A stretch of DNA of 64,000 bases from Anthoceros angustus (Eukaryota > Plantae > Anthocerotophyta), in the NCBI GenBank assembly GCA_010909165.1, contig MU008180.1, positions 61,884 to 125,883 on the forward strand, given 5' to 3'. The position numbers and the translations under genes were made by a program. Below are positions 34,901 to 46,200 of this stretch, in pieces. Within the stretch, counting starts at the first letter, position 1; every line of letters begins with the position of its first letter. Under the pieces are notes generated by a model. That model saw only the letters and a program-made list of their open reading frames with translations, was not told where the DNA came from and searched no databases.

Positions 34901-36040
34901 TAAATGACAGAAGTTTAAGTCCCAGCGACTGCATATGCGTATAACACTAAACTGGCTGCTCTAAGAGATGGTAGCTCGTCATTAGACGCGTGCAGATCGC
35001 ATTTGGAGCGACGTGGACGAGCTGACCAAAACCTTAAGCGCACGCTGCCAACAACTTGGCCTCCGTGTGAATTCACTCAAGCTCTCTCTTGAATAGTCCT
35101 GCTCTGCTAGCAATCTGCCGACACGATGCTCGAGTATCATGTGGCCGAAATTGCTGAAACTTTTTTTGGGGGTTTGCTGATGTCAACTGTGTGTTTTCAT
35201 CAGGAGTACCACAAGGACCACAAGTATATCCCGTGAAGTATGATGATCACTGGGATAAGTTTCACGACGATGGTGAGTCCGACATGAAGGTCTATCCTTT
35301 AGCTTGCAAGTGCCAACCCCAAGTTCACCCGAATTCCGTCTGCAGATCCGAAGAAGACGATGTTTGACACTCCTGTTAAAAGAAATCCACTTGTTTCATC
35401 TTCAAACAGAGGTTTCGGACCTGAACAGCCTCATGGTGATTTTACATCCAGCTCTCATCCACATGGGAAGAGCAACCTCGGAAATCCAGCAGCCAGGAAC
35501 AGGAGTGGGGAGATTCACGGGTACAATTTATCATATTTCTGTCTGCAAGTTCCATAACGCAAACTATCGTTCTCAAAAATGGCGACCTGCCTGCAGAGTT
35601 TTCAGTGAAGCGGAGGTATTTGATTGGAGGGATGTTTATCCCGGTGACAGTACAAAACCTCAAGTGCATTCCCATTCCAAAGTGTATACAACTGAGGCAA
35701 GTTCCTTGCCCTGTCCAGCCCAAGTGTGACAAATGACTTTCTCGCTGACCCAACGTTTTCCCCGCAGGATGGCAGCTATGACCAGGGGAATGATTATCGC
35801 CGGTACGATGCTCCAGCCACCAGTGCTGACAGATTTGCAAAGTCCCGTAGAGAGAATGGGCCTCATGACTCCCCCCTGTTTTCAAGCAGCCCTGTCCACC
35901 CCAAACTCGTGTTTGGATCTGACCCCCATCAAGAGACTTCCAACATCGATGCTCCGCCAACCAAGGGTCCCGCGCAATACGATGACGACCCTTTTGTAGG
36001 CATGGGCCCTTTTGGCGGGGGAATCGTGGGATCAGACTGA
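31971..36040 (+). CDS. EH-domain endocytic scaffold (AtEH1/AtEH2, Pan1-like), spliced
   Basis: EH1 (FEAYFRIADSDQDGRISGAEAVVFFQGSGLP...IWQF), EH2 (PWPKMT...FFELDTDKDLKITGAQARDLFLGWQLP/EMLKRVWDLADEDLDGMLSLKEF), coiled coil with HKSRCD, and WDKFHDD. The last exons are tentative. Confidence 0.9.
34782..34920. repeat. Perfect 69-bp tandem duplication in an EH-gene intron
   Basis: TTCTCCTACAGTCACCGAG... at 34782 and 34851. Confidence 0.95.
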
Positions 36041-36899
36041 CATTCTCCCGGAACAATCCAACGTGGCTTGCGAGTATATCAAGTCATCACGCCTTCCTCG
36101 AGTTTTTTTTTCTTTGTATTCATTCTCTTCCTGGTCTTCTTCACCGGCCCGACACCCTGCCAAGTTCACCTCTTATGCAGGGGTGAGATAACCTGAGAAG
36201 GACGTCAAATCTCACCTTCATCTATTTTAAAATCTTTTAAGTTTCCTCGTAAGGACCAATTATGGACTGAAGCTGGGAGAGGGAAGTACGAATAGCTAAG
36301 GGCTGGTTTCCATGGGCAAGTTTTCATCAACTTCAACTTCTCACATGACTATATGTATACATTACGATAAAAACAAAGCGGGTTTGGGGGAAGTTTCAAC
36401 AAACTCCCACGATGATCGAGGCAGCGGGTCTAGCGAGTTTCTGACAACAGGCCGGAAGCCACCGTGTCACGTTACGGTTTTCCCGGTCTCCCAAGCGCAG
36501 CTTACAACGCGGGCAATTGCAAGGACACGGGTGTTGGAAAAGGCGGGAGGCAAGTGTGCACTCGATTAGGAAGGCGCCGCTTGGGCAAGAAGGAAAGCAA
36601 GTGCAGTGAAGCAATGGTGATGGTGAAGGCTTGGGGCAGCCATCTCAACGATGCGACTTGCCATTAAGTGCGGTGCCTTGAGTTCTTTGCTCCCCAATTT
36701 TTCCATAAGTTCCGCATTGCCTTTGGCTTTGATCTCACCTTTCACTTATCCGGCCGGGCTGTCACCTCACAAATTGATATACCCACAGCGGTCATGAGCG
36801 GGGCCCGTCCACATCGAGTTTAAGGCACCAAGGAAAGTGTGGACATTGCAGGCGCTTCACATTTTGACTAAGAAGATTGATCATGAATCCAGTGATGGG

Positions 36900-37140
36900 A
36901 GGCAGGAAAAGAGCAGGAAGGGTTGAGCGGTGGGAGGAAGTGGCACACTACTTACATGGTGTGTCTGCTGGTCGGGCCGAGTAAGTGGGACAATCTTGCA
37001 GGATTGGAAAAAATCAATGACCATTCGGCATCCGCTAAGTGGACAAGATACATCTTGGATAGTATGGAAGAGAAGAAGGCTCACAAAATTGCCCCTAGCT
37101 TGAGCATAGCTTGTTTACAATTGAATTGTGGTTTCTGATT
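36900..37140 (+). pseudogene. Harbinger Myb/SANT (trihelix) DNA-binding ORF, N-terminal part
   Basis: ERWEEVAHYLHG...(frameshift)...KWDNL...KINDH...W...EEKKAHKI.P matches the trihelix pattern W..Va.yl...C..KWdnL...KKI. A probable C-terminal helical part resumes at ~55200-55490. Confidence 0.7.
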
Positions 37141-38406
37141 CACAAGCCGCTGCCCGGACTTTGCGCACTTGGGTGACACCATGCCACGGTACTACCTTTT
37201 GCTTGCTCCTCCTATCTACATTGATGAAAATTCGGATAAAGCTCATGACTTGCGGCTTCTAATGTGTGCGATTTTTGCAGACACACCTAATTCTTCAAGA
37301 GGCCTCACCTAGTGCTGCCCTCCGAACCTAGTGAGTCTCCATCACTAGCCGAGTCTTTGAACACGGGCATGGAGTCGAAGATCTGATTGATACTTGTGGC
37401 GGGTCTTTCGATGGACAGGGCGCACAATCCGTGTCGTTGTAGTATGGAGTCCGTTCCCAAGAGAATGATAGCTCCGTTTGCCGCGCTTCAGCCGATTCTC
37501 ACCTTTCTTCGGGTCCACTTCACCTTAACACACTCAATCTTCGTTTACACCCAGCTATTTATAACGTTCACCGAACAGGCCCGGTGTGGCCAAACGTTTA
37601 AGGACCCGTTTGCGTCCGCTTCGTTCGTCACTCGTTTCTTCAGTCCGTTCCTCTCATCGCTCTCTCTACACTTATCAACCTTGGAAAAAAGCAGTGGCTA
37701 CGGTCGGGACCTCCTCGTTGCTCCGGCCTCTCGTCCGGGCTCTGCACCCTCCCAGTACCTCCGGCTCACACGTTCGGTCCGCTCGGCGTTGGGCGCTCTC
37801 GACGAACACGGGTCCTCGATCGTCCTCCTGCACACACCACCACGTTAAGTCCGTCACGGGACCTTGATCAATCTCCCGGGTCGTCGTGCACCTTTCGGTG
37901 ACTCGGGACTCGCGTTAGCAGAAGACTCACAAGTGCAGAGCAGCATCAACACCAAGAAAGATGCTTTACTAGGCCTCGGCCCTCTTATCTGCGCCCAAGG
38001 CGGCGTCTTTATTACACCCCTATTACGGTGATAGCCATTTCGGTATACCTAATCGGCCTACCATCCTATTTCCTCCCCTATCTCCTTGCCATTGTGGGAA
38101 GGTCACAGGCCCGCCTCGGGATGGGTGGTCAATCCCGTCACAGCGGTTGTGGCGCAATCGGATGATCCGTGAGGCGGGCCCTCCTCTCTCCGGAATCACA
38201 GCCGGGTTGGGCTCTGGCGGGCGACCGCCGTTACCACGTCATCCTCCCTGGCCTCCCACAGGTCCTTGGCCGGTGGGGCCACCGGCTCTGCTCCCCTAAG
38301 CGTAAGTCGAAGGGGCTCCTCCTTCTTGCCCGGTCCTCGAGGTCTGTCTCGACTCACAGACTTGAGTCCGGCTCACGTTCGGTCCGCTCGGCGTGGTAAT
38401 AGGCAA

Positions 38407-38520
38407 AGTCCGGACTTGAGTCCGGACTTGAGTCCGGACTTGAGTCCGGACTTGAGTCCGGACTTGGTCCGGCCTCCCTCTGGTCCGGACTTGAGTCCGG
38501 ACTTGAGTCCGGACTTGTGG
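38407..38520. repeat. Array of the 12-mer AGTCCGGACTTG containing the palindrome AGTCCGGACT
   Basis: Five consecutive units at 38407-38466 and about three more at 38485-38518. Confidence 0.9.
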
Positions 38521-38999
38521 TCCGGACCTCGGGGTCCGGACAAAGTCAGGACTCCACCAGGTTTCCTCCCTCACGGGACTCCTCCGTGGCTCTCCCTCGA
38601 AGTCCTTCCTGTTCCCGATCGCCCGGTGACTCGCCGTTGGCCCCTCCTTCCATGGTGAGGTGCGGGGTGCTTACCTCGATCGCATCCGCGCTCCCTCGTT
38701 CTGCTCCTCTCGCGCTCCGTCATCTCAAGCAGGGGCCACTAGGGTCCTGTCTTTGTCCCGTGGCCTTCATCTCCTTGAGCCTTCCGGTCCGTCCGTTTCG
38801 TGAGTCGAGGCTTCATCTCCTTGAGGGCTCGGCGTGGTAATAGGCAAAGTCAGATCGACTTGTTGGTGCCTCTTCCACGTGTGCGGGCACCGATACTCCC
38901 TCGCCATAAGTGTTCGGGGGTGGCGTCTTTGCGGCTTGTTGGGCCACCTCCTGCCCGGTTGTGGTGGGCAGGTGTATCACGCGAGGCTACAAGGCGGCC

Positions 39000-41900
39000 T
39001 CGGTCACCTCCTGCAGTGCTCACTGCTCCGGCTCCGTCGTTTCCTCTCCATTGCCGGCTTACCGCCATAGCGCGGCGTTCCCTTCCGCCTTTCTCGGTGG
39101 ACCGGCTTCTTTTACGCTTCCGGTGCTCGCGCTCCTCCGTTCATTACGGCCTTTAGCTCATGACTCCCTCTCAGGCGGTCGGTACCTCCGTCCAGGCTCG
39201 GACTTCCTCCGGCTCATACATGGCAGCAGCGTCCAACTCCTTGGATAGTCGCGATTTTCCTCCGTCTTGAGGCGGGGCACTCTATTTCGTGCTCGAGTCG
39301 TGGATTCTCTCGTTGAGAATCACTGCTGCTCAAGCGCATCTTGGGTTGTAGCTCCGTGTCCTTCTTGTCCTCCATCTGCTGCCGCCTCTCCTCTACTTCC
39401 TGCGGTGTACTCGGAGATCTCTATCTCCCAGTCTTGGCCTCCATCTCCTCCTTGGTGGCCCTTGCACTCCATAGCCCTTTGTCGCGGCCTTGAGTTAGCC
39501 TCGGTGCTGTGACTCTCTCCACGGTTCGATCACGTCTGTAGTGATCCGGTCGCTCTTGGCCCTCTTGGCCCCTCCTTACGCCTCTTGGCCCTCTTGGCCC
39601 TCTTGGCCTCCATCTGCTGCCGCCTCTTGGCCCTCTTGGCCTCCATCTCCTCCTTGGTGGCCTTGCACTCCATAGCCCTTTGTCGCGGCCTTGAGTTAGC
39701 CTCTGCTGTGACTCTCTCCACGGTTCGATCACGTCTGTAGTGATCCGGTCGCTCTTGGCCCCTCCTCTCCGCGCTCCGCCACCGGCGTTTCCCTTCCGCC
39801 TCTTGGCCTCTGGCCGGGCCGCCTCCGAGTCGAGCTCTCTGCTTGTGCCGGGCCTCTTCCGCCTCTGCTGCGCTTCCCCCTTTGCAAGGTCCTCCGCCCG
39901 CTTGGCCTCCCAGGCTTGCTTGTGACCGCCTGTGAAGAACCTTAACGATCTGCTTGAACCGCCGGGCCTCGCGCTCCGCCACCGGCGTTTCCCTCCTCGA
40001 TCCGGCGAGGACTCCGCCTTTCCTTTGCCCCTTCACAGGTCCTTGGCCCTCTTGGCCCTCTTGGCCTCCATCTCCTCCTCCGGTGGCCTCCACTTCACAG
40101 GTCTTCTCCACTGCACTTGAGACCCCAAAGCATTCCGTCCATGGCGGTAGCAGGACTCGCCGTGTTTCTTCCACGGCCGTGGTGAGGCCCCACAAAGTCC
40201 GTAGTGGGGCCGGCATTTCTCGGTCCGCCAAGGACCTCCATACCCTTGATCGGAGTAAGTCGGTGGGTTCTCGGACCTAATCGGGACCCTCGGGTCACAG
40301 TGGTGGTCAGGAGCCTCACCCTCTTGGCCCTCTTGGCCTCTAACTCCTTTGTGCCCTCTTTCTCACAGGGCTCGGAGGAGGTGAGGGGTCGGGAGCAAGC
40401 TCTTTTGCCCCTTCACAGCCGGGGCAGGCCGGCTCGAGGTGGGGCTGCGCGGTGACCTCCTGCTCCTTGGGCCACGTCCCTTTGCCCTCCTTACGCCTCT
40501 TGACCTCTTGCCACTCCGTGGGCGGGGGTAAGTCTGGCACCTCGAGGTCTTTGCGTTGGTAAGCGGCACCGTCTTCGCCTCTTGGCTCCGTTGAGTTCGT
40601 CGGGGCTCGGCGGCCGTCGTGGTTGTTGGCTGTTCTGCGGTCGGGCCAGCGCCCTCGGCATCGGCTCCCTCACTGTCTTGCTCGGAGGGCACCAAAAGGA
40701 GGAAGGGAATCTCCTCCCAAACTTCCACAGGTGGTGAGGGGTTCGCTCAGGCGTATGGAGTCAGGAATCCTCGATCGTCCTCCTCCAGTCGCTTGGTCTT
40801 GAAGGGCGACCCCCACCTCAGGCGCCCTTGCACGCTCTACTTGGCGGGGCCTCCGGGCGCCCGTTCAAGCTCTCCTCCTTGAGCTCGAAATGTCCCCATA
40901 CATGAATCGGTATGGGGTCGGCCCGATGGCGAGGCTTCGCTCCTTAGCTTGCGTGCCTCTGGCCCAGGCAGGCGAAGATAATCCTTCCCAGTCCGCTCTC
41001 TTCCCATTGGGCGCATGCGAGAATACCAGCAGGTTATCACCAAGGTGATCCACCTTGGTGGCGAGTTCAATGGACAATGATCCGGGCTACCGCCCTTACT
41101 CGGATCCGGCGAGGACTCCGCCTTTCCTTTGCCCTCGGCCGCCTTCACTTGCTCTTGGGTTCCACCATCCTCCTCGGGTGGCCTCCACTTCACAGGTCTT
41201 CTCCATGTACCACGAGACCCCAAAGCATTCCGTCCATGGCGGTAGCAGGACTCGCCGTGTTTCTTCCACGGCCGTGGTGAGGCCCCACAAAGTCCGTAGT
41301 GGGGCCGGCATTTCTCGGTCCGCCAAGGACCTCCATACCATGATCCGAGTAAGTCGGTGGGTTCTCGGACCTAATCGGGACCCTCGGGTCACAGTGGTGG
41401 TCAGGAGTCTCACCCTCTTGGCCCTCTTGGCCTCTAACTCCTTTGTGCCCTCTTTCTCACAGGGCTCGGAGGAGGTGAGGGGTCAGGGAGCAAGCTCTTT
41501 TGCCCCTTCACAGCCGGGGCAGGGCTCGAGGTGGGGCTGCGCGGTGACCTCCACTCCTTGAGCCACGTCCCTTTGCCCTCCTCTTGACCTCTTGCCACTC
41601 CGTGGGCGGGGGTAAGTCTGGCACCTCGAGGTCTTTGCGTTGGTAAGCGGCACCGTCTTCGCCTCTTGACCGTTGAGTTCGTCGGGGCTCGGCGGCCGTC
41701 GTGGTTGTTGGCTGTTGTGCCGGTCGGGCCAGCGCCCTCCGGCATCGGCTCCCTCACTGCTTTGCTCGGAGGGCACCAAAAGGAGGAAGGGAATCGCCTC
41801 CCAAACTTCCACAGGTGGTGAGGGGTTCGCTCAGGGCATGGAGTCAGGAATCCTCGATCGTCCTCCTCCGAGTCGCTTGGTCTTGAAGGGCGACCCCCAC

Positions 41901-42589
41901 CTCAGGCGCCCTTGCACGCTCTACTTGGCGGGGCCTCCGGCCCCTTGGCGCCCGTTCAAGCTCTCCTCCTTGAGGAGCTCGAAATGTCCCCATACATGAA
42001 TCGGTATGGGGTCGGCCCGATGGCGAGGCTTCTCGCTCCTTAGCTTGCGTGCCTCTGGCTGAGCAGGCGAAGATAATCCTTCCCAGTCCGCTCTCTTCCC
42101 CGGGCGCATGCGAGAATACCAGCAGGTTATCACCAAGGTGATCCACCTTGGTGGCGAGTTCAATGGACAATGATCCGGGCTACCGCCCTTACTCGGTATC
42201 CGGCGGATCGGATATCAACCATCCGTTGGTTGTCATTGCGTTCGAGCCTCGGCATCGGCTCCCTCCTTGGTGGCCCTATCTTCCCGCGCCTTAAGGGGCT
42301 CGGCACGCCCCTTCTTCCTCCTTGGGCGGTTGTAGGCCATCCTCGGGACCTCAAGGTCCATCGCCTCGGGTCCTCCGGAGGTTCTTGGATCGGACCTCCT
42401 TGTTGATCGCCGGCATCTTCGGGCAAACTCCGGACTAGAGTATGTCAAAGGTCGAGACCATTTGGAACACGTCCGGATGCCATTCCCCACCAATTCCCTT
42501 CCTCCGGCCGGGCCGAAGTCCGGATAGCGGGTCACAATGTTGCGCTCCACGAGGTCCATGGCTCCCAGACTCCGGCTTTTGGGTGCCAT
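39000..42589 (-). pseudogene. LTR-embedded accessory ORF, 3' LTR copy
   Basis: ATG at 42589 (MAPKSRSLGAMDLVERNIVTRYPDFG). The KVDHLGDNLLVF...GKRADWGRIIF...PYRFMYG segment is present twice because of the 1.1-kb duplication. The 3' end is approximate. Confidence 0.55.
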
Positions 42590-43211
42590 TGCTTTCTCCT
42601 CCTCTTGTTCTTTGTAGCTGGCGGTCCGGCACGATGTTCCTCCTTCGCGCGTTGTTGCTCCAACCTTGTGGTGCTCTGTGGCGGCGCCCAAAAGATAGCG
42701 CGAGCGGATTGCGGGCGCAAGGCTGTGAGGATTGCGGAGGCTGCGCGGTGACCTCCCTCCTTGGCGCTTGTGGAAATAGCGGGCGGGCGCCTCTTCGTTG
42801 TCCGTAGCGCGAGTGCATGGCTTACTCGACCCTCGCTTACTGCGGCCTTACGCGCGCGCCGCGGGCGTGAATACTGCCTGCGGCCTCAGCAGGTTCACGG
42901 TCTGACCTCGCATGCCGACCTCCACTCGGGGCCGTCCACGTGGCGCCGCCTCGTCATCCTCACGCCTCCGCTCCTAGGTTACTTTCCTGGCGTACTTATC
43001 CTATTTTGACACAGGTGGGTTCGGACTTATCCGTTACTCGGCGTAGTCGAGCTTGCCATAGTGGTACCGGGTCCGTTGTTCACTCCAGTCGGAGTATACT
43101 CGAGCCTCGTCCGGCGCTACCCCAATTTATTCCTCCTTTTCGCCTTATTTATCCTTCAATCCTAAAAAGCGAAACCCTACTTATTTCTTAACTCCCGAGT
43201 GCATAGCCACA

Positions 43212-43225
43212 TACTCCCTTCTCAT
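43212..43225 (-). promoter_or_regulatory. Polypurine tract (PPT)
   Basis: Minus-strand GAGAAGGGAGTA directly abuts the TG of the 3' LTR. Confidence 0.75.
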
Positions 43226-43244
43226 CATTGGCGTCTCGCCAACA

Positions 43245-46200
43245 CTAAGCATGATACTTCTTCACCCGCCACCCGTTCACCCAGTGGGCAGCTCTCCATC
43301 TAGGCATCGTGGGCGGACCCGTTGTCATATACTTGCACCACTTGATGCGGACCCATCCATCTCGGTGAAGTTTGCACGGAAAATGCATGTACTATCATAA
43401 AGGAGGCGGTCCCTTCCTTTACATACTCCCGATTCGCGATCGTGATCGTGCCAAATCTTTGTTGGTTTTGCACTGCTGCATCTTGGTGAGCTTCTTCCAC
43501 ATCCTCTGTGTCTTTGAACAAACCCCAAAGTCGCTCGGTGGCTTTCCTCTCTGTCGGTCTCCTTCCATCATTACTCGAAAAGTGGGCACTTCAAACTCCG
43601 GCATTACGGAGAGTGTCCGTAGGTCAAGTAAGGGGTCCGTTGTGTGGTCACCTTCTCTGCTGTCGGGCATACAGTCGGATGGCGGACTTAGTATCGATCA
43701 TGGGCGTAGTTCCTTTGAGTTTATTGAGATCCTGCGGATGAGCCCATTTGTCTTCTCTGTCGGCCCATTGGCCTTAGGATTGTAGGGTGCCGTCTTGCGA
43801 TGATTGATGCGAAATACTCCGTCATGGCGGCCACCACATCATTAAGGAAATGGGTTCCCCTATCACTTACCAAGCTGCGGACATCCGTGCGGGTTATGAT
43901 GTTCTCGTCAGAATTTGGCCACGGTATTTGCGAGTCCGTTCTTGTCGCCACCGCCTCTACCCACAGTGCGATGGTCCGTTGCCACGGGATGTATCTCCTT
44001 TGTGTGTGTCTTGTCGTGGGTATAGGTCCAACAAAGTCAATACCCACTTTTGAAGGTGCGGTGCCAATATACTAGCGGCCTTTGTGTCGTCGGGGTTGGC
44101 TTTCCGATCCGACAAGCATCACACTTCTTCCTAAGCGGTGGGTGTCCCCATACATTGTTGGCCACGGTATCCGCTTCAAAATCTTTTGGTGGTGACTGTC
44201 TTTGCGTAGTGTCCTCCCCAATCCTTCGTGCATTCCCTTGGCGCTCCATCTCTGGGTTGTAAGTACCTTCGTTCTACTCCGTCCCTAATTTGAACACACA
44301 CCGTTGTACATTACGAAGGGTCGAGCATAGTGCACGAATGCCTCCCTCATCGAGTGATTTTGAAGCTCCATTCCCAGTACCGCTCTATTTCTTCGTGGGT
44401 CGGACGGCGGACCCTCCCTTCTCATACGCTAAGGCTGCAGTTCGTAGCTTGGGGTTCGGTCATGGGCTCCTCGGTTGTACTTGCGGCAACCAATGTCTCA
44501 TCCGGGAGCATCTTCACGATCTCTCAACACTTTCTGTTTTCAATCGTGACGAAATCGCATTTTGGTCTTGCCTCCCTTGTCTTGTTTCCACTTGACGTGA
44601 ACTCCTGCGGCAACAATATCCACCTTGCTATCCGTCCGGACGGTCCGTCTTATTCACCGGATGCTTGAGCAAAGTGGTCTACATAGAACACAAACTCAGG
44701 GTAGGTAGTGTCGGAATTTCTTGACAGCATATACCATACCCAGTGCTTCGCGCTCTGTAGTTGTGTATTTTCGTTCCGCGTGGGTGAGCTGTCGTCCAGC
44801 GTAGTATACGGGATAATCCCTTCGCTTGTCGTCCTTCTGGCTCAGCACTACTCCGATAGCAAAAGCGGACACGTCTACATACACATGAAATTTCTTGCTC
44901 CAGTCCGGTCCTCTTAGAAGCGGTGCGCTTACCAAGGTGTTACGTAAATCCGAAGGCCTCCTCTCGCTCCAGACCGGTCCAAACCTCCTCCTCCTTCATG
45001 AGATTACATCAACTTAGCGCCCTCTTGCAAAGTCCTTAATAAACCGTGGTAGTATCCCACCATTCGAAACCTCTCGGCTCCTTTAGGTTCGTCGGTGGAG
45101 GCGGATGACCGGACCTTGTCTGGTCCACCTCGATTCCAGGCACCGATGTCCAAGATTCCCTCCGTCATTCCAAAGTAGCATTTCTCGGTGTAGGCTCAAT
45201 TGAGTCTCCGGCGCTCAAGCACCTTCTTAGATGTCCAAGGTGTTTGTCCTGCTCCCCATGCACACAAAATCATCCGGGAATATCTCCATGAAGTCCCTCG
45301 AAGTCACGGAAGGCGTTGGTCACCATCATGAGCGACCACAGCGCTCGGTCATCCCAAAGGCACTTCTCTTGTAGGCAAGCGTACCCCACTCCGTAGTGAA
45401 GGTCGTCTTGTCGGTCAAACTCCCTTAGGTGCAATTGGTTGTATCCGGAGTAGCCATCCGAGGAAGGAGTAAGTAGTCCGTCCACCACCTTGTCCAAAAT
45501 GTGTCTCTGAATGGCATCGGAAGTGGTCCTTCTCGTTCGGCGTTGAGCTTCCTCAATCTTGGCATACGAATTTGTCTGGTTTCTTGGGAACCACCACAAT
45601 AGCGACCCACTCATTTGTGTGATGGGGAAAATGATGTCTGCCTCCGGTACTTATCAAGGACCTCCTTCACCTTGATCGAATACTTGGGGTTGAGCTTGTA
45701 TTGTCGGATTGATGGCACGCTCACGGCTTCAAATCGATCTTATGCTCTCCCACTTCTTGAATGCCCTTCATGTCCGTGACCTTGAGGCGAACACCTCATA
45801 AAACTCCCCAGCGCTTTAGTCCTTCCTTGGTCCGGAGGCATGCCTTTCTTAAACTTGAGAATTTGCTGGCGGACCTCCACTTCTTCCACGTCGTCGGGTT
45901 CACCGTCTCCGTTCGTCTTTGCCTCATTGCGTCAAACCCCTCGTCCTCCTCTCGGGATCGTCCTCTCGCATCCCCATTCTCTGAAGAGCTCGTCGGAGGT
46001 GAATCGTGTTACTCCTTGATGTCGCTTTTCCTTGGTCCGACTCTTGTTGTCTCCCCTTGTCTTTGGTCAGGCCTCCTCTTCACTTCCTTCCTCCGGCCCG
46101 TTGTGGCGTTTACTCGAAAACAATCAACCACTTCGCGCCAAAGGCATCCGCGATAGTCCATCTCCTCCTCGGACCCGGCGGATCTTGGCGAAAGTCGCCT

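Larger units (their letters stand above)
37395..43211 (-). repeat. 3' LTR (~5.8 kb) with private 202-bp and 1.1-kb internal tandem duplications
   Basis: Runs TGTGGCGG...GCATAGCCACA and is collinear with 49601-55187. Duplications near 39432/39634 and 39999/41103. Confidence 0.9.

Noticed and set aside
35690-35725. A fourth GC-AG intron in the EH gene
   Set aside because: The implied intron would be only ~22 nt and the reading phases did not reconcile.
38407-38520. Short regular repeats as a CRISPR array
   Set aside because: No unique spacers, eukaryotic LTR context, and no cas genes anywhere in the window.
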